Positions 8,591-17,605 of a stretch of DNA of 64,000 nt are shown in pieces; positions within the stretch are counted from its first letter, which is position 1, and each line of letters starts with the position of its first letter. Position numbers and translations under genes: made by a program. The DNA is taken from the NCBI GenBank assembly GCA_963741475.1, contig CAVUHZ010000012.1, positions 62,019 through 126,018 of the forward strand. Reading direction: 5' to 3'. Under the pieces are notes generated by a model. That model saw nothing but the letters and a program-made list of their open reading frames with translations. It was not told the origin of the DNA and did no database searches. This DNA comes from an uncultured Methanobacteriaceae archaeon. Lineage in GTDB: Archaea > Methanobacteriota > Methanobacteria > Methanobacteriales > Methanobacteriaceae.

Positions 8591-9475
8591 CTATGGTTTA
8601 GGAACTAAAAACTCCGCCACCCCATATCCTTCTTTACCATCCCAATTATATTTTGAAAGGGTTTCTATAAGAATCATCCTCTCATCAACTGGAATCATTC
8701 CAAATCTAATAACTTCACCAGTAACTGAATATTTAGAACCTTTTTTGTCAAATAAGTTCATTGAAAATTTAGAAGGAATACCACTATTAAATTTCACATC
8801 TATATCTGATTTTAGCAAAGGTTCATTGACTGAATTAATATAAAAATATCCTGCATCAATATCACCTTCATCAACGGAAAGTTTAGTTATATTAAAAGCT
8901 TCATCATGGGAAAATTCAGAATTAATCCACATCCACATCTTAGGAGATCCCCATTCCCTTACACCGATGCTTAAATCTCTTTCACCCAATGCTTCAATTT
9001 CAAATATCTCATTATCAATTTCTATTATTCCAACTGCTTTTCCAAACTGTTCATAATGTTCAGATGCAACATTAGAAGACATTGAAACCTGTCTTTCATC
9101 AACACAATTAATATAATTCATAACTGGATTTAAAGCTTCCCAATTTATATCCATTTTAACTTTATATTCTGTAGGAACTTTAGCCAATGGATTAAAAATG
9201 GTACCATCATATTTAAGATTCCATTTACCAGAATCAATCTCTTGAAAATCTAAACCTGCCATACTTAATGTTTCATTATCAAATGGGGTTTCTAATTTAA
9301 TACCAGCTATCATCTTTGGAGACATTAAATAGAAGAACATCGATTTTTCATTTTTATTTACTTTGTTTCCTATTCGCATAAAAGCAGTTATATCATTATT
9401 TTTATCATGAAAATTAAAATAATAGCTTTCATTCCATTCTTCATGTTTTTTAAGAGTTTCTAAATTAACATCCAT
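8591..9475 (-). CDS. Hypothetical beta-rich protein coupled to the PEP-utilising enzyme
   Basis: The ORF runs 8591-9523. The internal ATG at 9475 (MDVNLETL) has a GGGAG about 10 nt upstream and avoids a 35-nt overlap. The motifs WNESYYFNF and GERDLSIGVREWG...WMW are reminiscent of lipocalin-like AttH/CrtC-type or DUF706x proteins, but this is a weak recollection. Confidence 0.5.
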   Translation of the reverse strand: MDVNLETLKKHEEWNESYYFNFHDKNNDITAFMRIGNKVNKNEKSMFFYLMSPKMIAGIKLETPFDNETLSMAGLDFQEIDSGKWNLKYDGTIFNPLAKVPTEYKVKMDINWEALNPVMNYINCVDERQVSMSSNVASEHYEQFGKAVGIIEIDNEIFEIEALGERDLSIGVREWGSPKMWMWINSEFSHDEAFNITKLSVDEGDIDAGYFYINSVNEPLLKSDIDVKFNSGIPSKFSMNLFDKKGSKYSVTGEVIRFGMIPVDERMILIETLSKYNWDGKEGYGVAEFLVPKP

Positions 9476-9488
9476 AAAATACAACTCC

Positions 9489-12182
9489 CTATTCTTTTTT
9501 GTATATAACTCCTTCATTACCATCTACAACTATCTCTTCACCAGTTTTAAAAATTTTAGTTGCTCCTTTAACTGCAGTTACAGCAGGTATTCTATATTCA
9601 CGTGAAATTACAGCACCATGGGATAATATTCCTCCGGTTTCTGTAATAAGACCGCCTAACTTTGAAAATACTGCGGTCCAAGCAGGATCTGTGTTACTGG
9701 TTACTAGAATTTCATTATCTTTAAGTTGTGATAATTCTTCAATAGATTTAACAACTCTAGCTACGCCGTTGAATGTTCCTGGACTTGCTGCTGCACCATA
9801 AATTGCATTTTTATCGTATTGCATAATGGTATCATCAAATTCAATCCCGTTTTTTAAGAATTTTGGGGGAAGTGTTGTTTTGTATTTATAAAATTCCTTT
9901 TTTCTTTCAGAAATTTCATCCCTTATTTTAGGGATTTTTTCATTTAATTCCATTGATGAACCGTTTATATTAAAAAACATAAACAATTCTGTTTCATAAA
10001 GGAAGAAAACATCATCTTCATCATAAATAATTTTTCTTTCAAATAATCTTCTTCCCATTTCCTTCAACATCAATCTTTGACGGAATAGCAGATGATCTAA
10101 ATAAAATCTCTGATTTTCCCTGAATGTTAAATAGGTTTGAGCTAAATTAAGCACAATTGAAAATAATTTTACTTTGAAAAACCCACCCTTCAGTTTTTTT
10201 ATTCTCTTTAAAACTTCTTTTTCTGTTTTTAATCTATTTTTACGAGCTTCTAATTCTTTTTTTCTTAAATCTAAATCTGAAGAAGATAATAATTTAATAA
10301 CTCCTAACACGTAGGCTTTATCTTCCCTCCATCTAGGATACAGTATTTCACGAGTATTTGATCTGTGCCCATAATTCTTAATAAACAAATCAAAATCGTT
10401 TTTCAAATTTAAATTAGAAGAAACTAATTCATCAATCTCTAATTCATTTAAATAACTTAAATCATCGATTGAATTTACTTTTGCTAATAATTCAGTGTCT
10501 TCTCTTAATATCTTAGCTAGATCAGAAAATCTAATATTCATCTCAACGGTTTTATTATCGTCTAACCCTGAAATTAAACCCGCGTAAAAAGTGCCATTAT
10601 TATCGTCTAACCATTTTACTAACCAGTTCTTAACCATTAAGTTAGTGGCTATTGAATGAGAAACCATACCGTATCTTATTAGTTGATAATGTTTGATACC
10701 TGCTGTTTCAATAGCATTGTACAGTGTTAAGAGTTCAGCGTTACTTAGTGTATCTAAATCAGTTTTATCGAAATATTCACATTTTTCCATAAATTCTTTT
10801 GCCCATTTTCTGTATGCTTTATCTGTCTTGTGCATCATTCCATCAGGGTCTCGAATGGCTATTAAAATTTGTGAGAGTAATGTTTTACGTAATGGGGAAG
10901 GATATTGTGATATTCTTCCTTGATCTTCCAATGGGAAATAATTTAATAACTCCTTAGACCTTGCAAATTTTGGATAATATGAAAAAGCTTTTTCTAAAAC
11001 CCAACTATTGAAATAAACCCGTGATTTATGGAGTTTCAGAAGTTTAGAATCTGTTATTTCTTTATATCCCATTATCCTAGCACCTTCATGATTCACATAA
11101 TCTGTGAGCATTTTGCCCATAACATCATAAAAGAGTGGCGTTGTTGCATCGGCCCAATACTCATCTCCATAAGCTCTGGTCCATAAAATATCATCTTTCT
11201 CAGAACTATCTGTGAGAGTTGTTACAGGTCTTGACTGGAGAATATAGATATGGGGAATTTTTGTTTCTTCATCACATTCTATTGCCCATTCAATATCTTG
11301 AGGTACACCAAAAAAATTTTCAATTTCTATTCCACTTACAAGTAATTCATTAAGGATTTTTTCATTAAGGCTTGATTTTTCCCTATCTTCATCATTTATA
11401 GGACTTAAAGTATTTTTACCATTTCTTAGGAAATATCCTTTCTTTTTTATTTTAATATTTTTTTCTACTACATTTCCATCTCTGCTTAATACAAAAATAT
11501 CTGGTGTGACTATTCCCGAAGCAATAGCTTCGCCAAGACCCCATGTGGACTCAATAACAATATCATCACTTCCATTAACAGGGTTAGCTGTGAAAGTCAC
11601 TCCACTGATATCTGCATTTACCATTTTTTGAACCAGCACTGCTATTCCTGCAACTAGATTTTCTGTGTTTAAATGTCCAATTGAAGAATCATGCCTATAT
11701 TTTACCGCACGATCATTCCAGTAGGATGCCCAACAGTCTACAATTTTTTCTAAAATATCTTCCTTTCTAATATTTAAAAAGCTGTCTAGCTGTCCTGCAA
11801 AACTGGCATCGGGAAGATCTTCAGCAACTGAAGATGATCTTACAGCATAATATCCCTCAGGAAGGTCTTTTATTCGATTATTAATTTCTATAAATAGATT
11901 TTGAGGTAAATCCTGTGATTTTATTATGCTTCTAATTATAGAACATCCCTTAGAAATAGAATCTTCGCTGTTAAAATCAACAGAATCAATTATTTTAGAT
12001 ATTTTACCTTCTAATTCATTTTTAATAAAAAAATCATATGCATCTACTGAAACAATAAATGCTGGAGGAATATTAAAACCTGCAGATGACATTTTGACCA
12101 AATTGAGTGCTTTGCCTCCAATTTTTTCTATTGGAAGGTCTTTTTCTTTAAGATCTATCACATACTTTTTTATATCCGCCAT
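9489..12182 (-). CDS. PEP/pyruvate-binding (ATP-grasp) plus C-terminal PEP-utilising swivel-His domain phosphotransferase, with rifampin-phosphotransferase-like architecture
   Basis: The N-terminal PPDK_N motifs are IGGKALNL, VRSSSVAEDLPDASFAGQ, CWASYWNDRAVKYR and VPQDIEWAI. A roughly 450-aa middle region has no recognised family. The extreme C-terminus carries TDPAWT...GGILSHGAVISREYRIPAV. No PEP-utilizers_C TIM barrel is present. The ORF opens with TTG at 12197, and I prefer the ATG at 12182. Confidence 0.8.
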   Translation of the reverse strand: MADIKKYVIDLKEKDLPIEKIGGKALNLVKMSSAGFNIPPAFIVSVDAYDFFIKNELEGKISKIIDSVDFNSEDSISKGCSIIRSIIKSQDLPQNLFIEINNRIKDLPEGYYAVRSSSVAEDLPDASFAGQLDSFLNIRKEDILEKIVDCWASYWNDRAVKYRHDSSIGHLNTENLVAGIAVLVQKMVNADISGVTFTANPVNGSDDIVIESTWGLGEAIASGIVTPDIFVLSRDGNVVEKNIKIKKKGYFLRNGKNTLSPINDEDREKSSLNEKILNELLVSGIEIENFFGVPQDIEWAIECDEETKIPHIYILQSRPVTTLTDSSEKDDILWTRAYGDEYWADATTPLFYDVMGKMLTDYVNHEGARIMGYKEITDSKLLKLHKSRVYFNSWVLEKAFSYYPKFARSKELLNYFPLEDQGRISQYPSPLRKTLLSQILIAIRDPDGMMHKTDKAYRKWAKEFMEKCEYFDKTDLDTLSNAELLTLYNAIETAGIKHYQLIRYGMVSHSIATNLMVKNWLVKWLDDNNGTFYAGLISGLDDNKTVEMNIRFSDLAKILREDTELLAKVNSIDDLSYLNELEIDELVSSNLNLKNDFDLFIKNYGHRSNTREILYPRWREDKAYVLGVIKLLSSSDLDLRKKELEARKNRLKTEKEVLKRIKKLKGGFFKVKLFSIVLNLAQTYLTFRENQRFYLDHLLFRQRLMLKEMGRRLFERKIIYDEDDVFFLYETELFMFFNINGSSMELNEKIPKIRDEISERKKEFYKYKTTLPPKFLKNGIEFDDTIMQYDKNAIYGAAASPGTFNGVARVVKSIEELSQLKDNEILVTSNTDPAWTAVFSKLGGLITETGGILSHGAVISREYRIPAVTAVKGATKIFKTGEEIVVDGNEGVIYKKE

Positions 12183-12215
12183 ACTATCATTGCCCAAATA
12201 TAATCACTATATTTT

Positions 12216-12271
12216 TGTATTTATTTTTAAAATTAAGTAGAATTCTGTATTTATTTTTAAAATAGTAGAAT
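12216..12271. repeat. Near-identical direct repeat (about 27 bp x2) in the promoter region of the PEP-utilising gene
   Basis: TGTATTTATTTTTAAAATTAAGTAGAAT at 12216-12243 and TGTATTTATTTTTAAAATAGTAGAAT at 12246-12271. Each copy contains a TATA-like TTTATTTTTAAAA. Confidence 0.8.
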
Positions 12272-12510
12272 ATAAAACAGTATGATTTGTTTTTGAAATA
12301 AAAAAAATTATACCTAAAAAAATTTTTGTGAGACTATTACATTTCATGATAGAACCCGTCAGTTATATACTCTTTAGTTAATTTCTGAGCATTCTTCCTC
12401 TAATCTATGATATAAATTTCCTCGAAAAAAATATTATTAATATATATTACATAGCATCATTAACCATTAATTTTAATATTCTTTATCACCATAATTCTAG
12501 TAGAGGAGGT

Positions 12511-13050
12511 GTGCTTATCAAGCCAACAGAAACATTTAATTTATTAATTACCCTGCAAGGCCAGAAAGATGAAAATGCCGGGGTTGAACTGGTGGGAACA
12601 GAAGAAATTGAGATGGCACTTCTAAATTATAAAGGAGAGTTGAATATTAAAGAATCTAACTTTCCCAATGTTATTTTAATAGATTTGAGTATTGATCCCT
12701 CTGAGGCAGTTGAAATAATTAAAAATACACCAACAACAGTAATATCCAAGGTTGTTCCCATTGAAAAAGTTGTGAGGACACGTTTGGATAGCATATTAGA
12801 TAAAGTTGTTACCCTTGCAGAGAGTAAAGTAACTTCAGGAGATTCCTTTAGTGTAATATGTGATTTAAGAGGAAGAAAGTACATAAAATCTCCAGATGAA
12901 TTAATTGAAAGAGTTTCTGAGGAATTGGTAGAAAAATTCAATTTAGAATCCAATGGCACTGATTCGGATTGGATTGTGCAGCTAGAAGTGGTTGGTGAAA
13001 ATACAGGTATAAGCATTCTGGATCCTGGAAAGATATTAAAAAAAATTTAA
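12511..13050 (+). CDS. THUMP domain-containing protein
   Basis: 179 aa. The size and pattern (FSVICDLRGRKY...QLEVVGENTGISI) resemble small archaeal stand-alone THUMP proteins. GTG start, next to GGAGG. Confidence 0.55.
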   Translation: MLIKPTETFNLLITLQGQKDENAGVELVGTEEIEMALLNYKGELNIKESNFPNVILIDLSIDPSEAVEIIKNTPTTVISKVVPIEKVVRTRLDSILDKVVTLAESKVTSGDSFSVICDLRGRKYIKSPDELIERVSEELVEKFNLESNGTDSDWIVQLEVVGENTGISILDPGKILKKI

Positions 13051-13201
13051 CTGAAAAAATTATAAATAAATCTGGATAATAATCTGACAAATGTTAATTA
13101 TGAGAACAGTACAGAATGAATTCTCATAATGTAAGAAAGATAATTATATTTCTATTTTATTAATGAAATTGTATTCAAACAATCTATTTATGAAACTATA
13201 A

Positions 13202-13488
13202 TCATTTTTTGCCTATTAACTCTTCAACTTCTTTCTTTCCCTTCTCTAACTCGATTAACTGTTCTTTATCCGCCTTAAAAGTAGTGTTTGTAATTCACCT
13301 ACATGGGTTTTTTCTTCTTCGGCTATATCTTGCAGGACAGCTTTAATATCATCATTATCTGTCATGTTTGCAAACTCTTCGTAGAGATTTATGGCATCGA
13401 GTTCTGCAATTATAGCTGCACGAAGTATTTCCCTATCCAGATCTTCTTGTTTTATTTTTCCTAAATCAATTGGTATTTTCGAAAGCAT
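13202..13488 (-). pseudogene. Small ferritin-like / rubrerythrin-like di-iron protein, interrupted by a 1-nt frameshift near its 3' end
   Basis: ORF 13255-13488 encodes ...AIIAELDAINLYEEF...IAEEEKTHVGELQTLLL, then reads RRIKNS-stop. In the adjacent frame the text continues ADKEQLIELEKGKKEVEELIGKK-stop at 13202. This matches the conserved tail of the family as I remember it. Adding one base in the run at 13273-13281 joins the two parts. Confidence 0.65.
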
Positions 13489-13952
13489 AAAATTACCTCA
13501 ATAATAGTATGTTTTGCATCGCAATTATAATCTTCGAAATGCGAAATATCTGTTATTAATCTAATATTATACAATTAGATTTCCATGAACCGTTTTTTGC
13601 CAGAAATAAGATCATTTAAAGATTAAACATGATAAATGTTTCCATAATCGGATTGTAATATAAAATTGCTACTTGAGATATAAAATAGATAACATTTATT
13701 CCTTAGGTATCCTCATAAAGTGTATTTCACCTTTAATTCCAAGGGCTCTAATGGGTTGTTTGGCATTCCCTCAAGATTTTTAATTGGGAATGAATTTTAA
13801 CTATTGACTTGAAATTAATTGTTTAATTTCATAACACCATTTTTATTTATCAATTTTCCTATGATAACTGAAAAAATATTCAATATTGGTTTATCCACGA
13901 GTAAAAGGTGATTAGGAAGATAAATTTTTTTTATCTCTGAAGATTTACTTTA

Positions 13953-14792
13953 TCAAATAATAATCTTTTTACCTGTATATAACTGCTGAACACTATTTTT
14001 TAATATTGATTTCATGATTTTAAATCCATATTCACCAGTACAATGGCCTGTGTAGACCTTTTCTACTCCTTCAGACTTTATCCATTGTGAAGTAGCTTCT
14101 ATTTCGTTAGATTTGGCAGTCATGGATGATATTCCGGCTTGAAAATGGAGTCCTCCAATAATTGTTTTGATTTTTGTATTGGGAAATGTTTCTTTAGCGG
14201 TGATACCTATGTTTCTAATGCCTTTATGTCCACAGCCAGAAAATATCGTTAGTTCATTGTTTATCTTTACGGTCATGAAAAGTTCATGATTGAATTTATC
14301 CATTAAAACTTGATTTTTTTCCTTTGAAAAAAGTATGCGATTAGTAGAAGGTGTTGGAAATTTTTTCTGAATATTTGGAACTACAAAAAAATTTTCCAAT
14401 ATTTCAAATGTTTCATGAACAAAGATGAGCCTTTCACTGTAGTCTTTGATAATCCTATCATCCATTCCAATGAATTCTTTATAGGATCCACGATCAGAAT
14501 AATGAGGGTTTAAAGCTTCTATTTTGAGGTATGCAGGTGCATAATCATTTAATTTAAAGAAATCAAGTAAACCTCCAGTATGATCGTTGTGCCCGTGTGA
14601 TAGTACAACTGCATCCACCATGGATAATTCCAAATTCAATTTTCTAGAGTTCTGGATTGCACTGCCTTTAGAACCGCCAGTGTCAAAAAGTACAGTCCTG
14701 CCATTGTTTTCTACCAACAATGATAACCCATGTTCTGTATTTAGTTTGGAATTATTTTGCTTAGTATTTTCAGTAAGCACAGTTATGTTCAT
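13953..14792 (-). CDS. MBL-fold metallo-hydrolase (COG1237-like)
   Basis: Contains HGHNDHTGG and the N-terminus MNITVLTEN...HGLSLLVE...VLFDTGGS. The ORF extends to 14822, but homologues typically begin at the MxITVL motif. Confidence 0.75.
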   Translation of the reverse strand: MNITVLTENTKQNNSKLNTEHGLSLLVENNGRTVLFDTGGSKGSAIQNSRKLNLELSMVDAVVLSHGHNDHTGGLLDFFKLNDYAPAYLKIEALNPHYSDRGSYKEFIGMDDRIIKDYSERLIFVHETFEILENFFVVPNIQKKFPTPSTNRILFSKEKNQVLMDKFNHELFMTVKINNELTIFSGCGHKGIRNIGITAKETFPNTKIKTIIGGLHFQAGISSMTAKSNEIEATSQWIKSEGVEKVYTGHCTGEYGFKIMKSILKNSVQQLYTGKKIII

Positions 14793-14975
14793 TAAAACTC
14801 CCCAATCTTTACAAACCACCATATAAGGTGATAAAAATGGTTTTAACTGATATTTTTATTGACTTTGTATATTATATAATAATAACTACTAAAGTATTAT
14901 ATAATAGTTTATGAATATATTCATAAATCCAAGACCTTAGTCTACTCAAATTCTAATTTAAATATAAAAAAGAAT

Positions 14976-16352
14976 TTAAACCTCCATTTTCATGGTTTTA
15001 AGTTGTTCTTTTTTATTTTTAAGTCTTATTGCAAGGATTGTCATGATAATTGCCACAAATCCCATTGATATATATGCAAACTGGTAACCTGCCAGTTTAC
15101 CAGCATAGGATCCTATAACCGCACCTATAAGTGCTCCCCCCATAAGCTGACCAACACTGGTTATGATATTTATAAGAGCCTGTCCAGAAGCTCTTTCCTT
15201 GGGAGGACTTTCCACCAGCATTATATAACGTGGTGGAGAACCTATAGCAGTACTCATACCCACACCAATGAGAACACTGGCTAAAACGAATAAATATAAT
15301 TGTTCAGGAAACATTGACAACATAAAAAGTCCTATAACCATGCTAAATGCTCCTGTAAACATTATATTCCTTGAACCAAACTTATCTAAAAGCTTTCCAA
15401 TAATTGGGGCACAGATCGCCATGGTCAGAACTATAGGGAGCAGCATCAAACTGGCATTTGATGTGGTGAATGACAGGGCCACAATTACGAAGGAAGGTAT
15501 AAATACTGTGGAAGCTTGTATCAATCCCGTGCCAATAGATATGCTACTAACAAGTTTTACTTCCAGAGCTTTGAATAGATCAACTTGAATCAATGGATCC
15601 TTGGCTATTTTTTCAACCTTCCAAAAAACGGGTATTAAAATCAGACTCATAATCAAAAACGGCCAGACATACAGGGATAATATACTGGTGGAAAAGTTGT
15701 TGGTGTCTATTTGGTTTAAACCATAAGCTAAAGATGTTACCATTATTCCTAAAATGCTTATTCCATACCAATCAAAACTAATATTTTGGTTTCTTTCTGT
15801 TTTAGGAAGTAAATAAAAACTTCCGAGTATAACTACTGCTGCTATGGGCAGGTTTATAATAAAAAGCAGCTGCCAGCTATAACTCAATAGCAAACCTCCC
15901 AAAACTGGCCCCAATACGCTGGAAAGACCCCAAACCGAACTTAAAATTCCAAGAGCCCCTCCCCTTTTATCCGGAGGAAAAATGTCTCCAATGAATGCAT
16001 TGGCAACAGGAAATATTCCCCCTGCCCCAATACCTTGGATAGCCCTTCCGATAAGAAGCATTTCAAATGAAAAAGATGTTATGGTTATTAATGAACCTAA
16101 AGCAAATAGAAAAATATCTAAAATGTAAATGGATTTACGACCATAAATATCAGAGAGTTTGGCCATCAATGGAGTTCCAATCATGAAGCACAGAATATAT
16201 ATAGTGAAAACCCATGACAATATCCTCTCATTTACCAAGAAATATACTTGAATTGAAGGAAGTGCTGGCCCCACTATCCCTATATCAAGGGATCCCATGA
16301 AAACACCTACGAAGAGTAGAAATAATATTCGATTCTGGCCATTCAGTTCCAT
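14976..16352 (-). CDS. MFS transporter (DHA2/EmrB-like, 14 TMS type)
   Basis: 458 aa with LDIGIVGPALP, GRKSIYILD and RAIQGIGAGG motifs. Close paralogue of 38329-39705. Confidence 0.85.
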   Translation of the reverse strand: MELNGQNRILFLLFVGVFMGSLDIGIVGPALPSIQVYFLVNERILSWVFTIYILCFMIGTPLMAKLSDIYGRKSIYILDIFLFALGSLITITSFSFEMLLIGRAIQGIGAGGIFPVANAFIGDIFPPDKRGGALGILSSVWGLSSVLGPVLGGLLLSYSWQLLFIINLPIAAVVILGSFYLLPKTERNQNISFDWYGISILGIMVTSLAYGLNQIDTNNFSTSILSLYVWPFLIMSLILIPVFWKVEKIAKDPLIQVDLFKALEVKLVSSISIGTGLIQASTVFIPSFVIVALSFTTSNASLMLLPIVLTMAICAPIIGKLLDKFGSRNIMFTGAFSMVIGLFMLSMFPEQLYLFVLASVLIGVGMSTAIGSPPRYIMLVESPPKERASGQALINIITSVGQLMGGALIGAVIGSYAGKLAGYQFAYISMGFVAIIMTILAIRLKNKKEQLKTMKMEV

Positions 16353-16628
16353 GAGAACATTTTAGTCATCACTAAATTAAAAGGTTTACCCAGAACTTAA
16401 TTCAAACCTTGATTGATTTTCAAGTTTATGTTAAAATTTATTTCAGAATATTGATCAAAATTATTCATTACATAAAAATTAATAATAAAATTTATTACAT
16501 GTGCTGTTTTAATATGTATTAGGGTGATTTAGACTGGATGATAAATATTTTTTAAATTCAATCATAAAAATATCATCTTCTAACTTCATCCAAAAAAATT
16601 TACAGATTAAAGTAGAAAAGGTGATATA

Positions 16629-17054
16629 ATGGTTGATCTTACAGAAGATGCAATTGAAATGTTTAACAACGAAAATTGTGACAAAACCAAACCTCTGGTA
16701 TGGATATCAACGGTTGGAGTCATGGACAAAGAAGGAAATCCTCATTTAGCCCCTGTATGCTTTACCAAGGTAATAGATAAAAATAAATTATTGGTGGCCA
16801 TTAATTTTGCAACCAAAACCATGTACAATGTTGAAACATATTCCAAGGTAGCTGTTGGAATTGCAAAACATTATGAAGGATTTTTAATAAAGGGATCTGG
16901 TTTTATAATAAGAAAGGGTTCACAATTTGAACTAGTAAAGGAAATGGTAAAAGCACGTTTTGGGGATAAAATAAAACCAATAGCCGCTCTTTTAATCGAT
17001 GTCGAAGAACTATATTCGTTAAAACCAGGACCCGGTTCTAAAAAACTAGCTTAA
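16629..17054 (+). CDS. Pyridoxamine 5'-phosphate oxidase-like FMN-binding split-barrel protein
   Basis: 141 aa. The pattern ...WISTVGVMDKEGNPHLAPVCF... is typical of the family. Confidence 0.65.
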   Translation: MVDLTEDAIEMFNNENCDKTKPLVWISTVGVMDKEGNPHLAPVCFTKVIDKNKLLVAINFATKTMYNVETYSKVAVGIAKHYEGFLIKGSGFIIRKGSQFELVKEMVKARFGDKIKPIAALLIDVEELYSLKPGPGSKKLA

Positions 17055-17145
17055 CCACAATTCATTACATTAATTTCGGGCCTATAATTGGAATTGTAAA
17101 TCTATTTTTTGTGCTTATCTGTTAAATCTTAAGGACAGTTAGGGA

Positions 17146-17556
17146 TCAACGATAGCCGTATATTTCTATGGAATAACCATCTTCAAAGCTCAAAGTTAGG
17201 TTGTACTGTGGCCCTGTTAGGTTGCCTGTGTCTGTTAAAGTTTCAGTGTGCCAGTCCTCATATTCCAGGAGCCTTTTGTTTATAATTTGATCAACATTCA
17301 CCCTAGTAAATACATTTTCGAGTTTGCTATCCTGTTTAAAAAAGGTTATACTCTGTGCATTTATAAATATTTTACGAGTTTCTCCAGTATCAGACTGATT
17401 TAAGGTCTTAAATGTTAGTATAAATTGTTTTATGGAATTTAAATCTTCTGTTTCAAACTTAACTAATTTTTCTCCCTTAACCTTTTTTAACTCGTCAATA
17501 TTTCCGAGTTGAGGTTCATCCAAATCATTGATTTCCTGCAAGATACTCTCTCCCAT
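17146..17556 (-). CDS. Hypothetical protein, downstream partner of the transglutaminase-like gene
   Basis: 136-aa ORF, 49 nt downstream of 17606-19012 on the same strand. No family recognised. Confidence 0.4.
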   Translation of the reverse strand: MGESILQEINDLDEPQLGNIDELKKVKGEKLVKFETEDLNSIKQFILTFKTLNQSDTGETRKIFINAQSITFFKQDSKLENVFTRVNVDQIINKRLLEYEDWHTETLTDTGNLTGPQYNLTLSFEDGYSIEIYGYR

Positions 17557-17605
17557 TATCTATTAATATCCTATTGAAAGTCAGATTCTTTATGATACTG
17601 AAAAT

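Noticed and set aside
9489-12197. Annotating the 902-aa gene as phosphoenolpyruvate synthase (ppsA).
   Set aside because: The swivel-His domain is C-terminal, and the PEP/pyruvate TIM-barrel domain that follows it in PpsA/PPDK is absent. The domain order matches Rph-type phosphotransferases.
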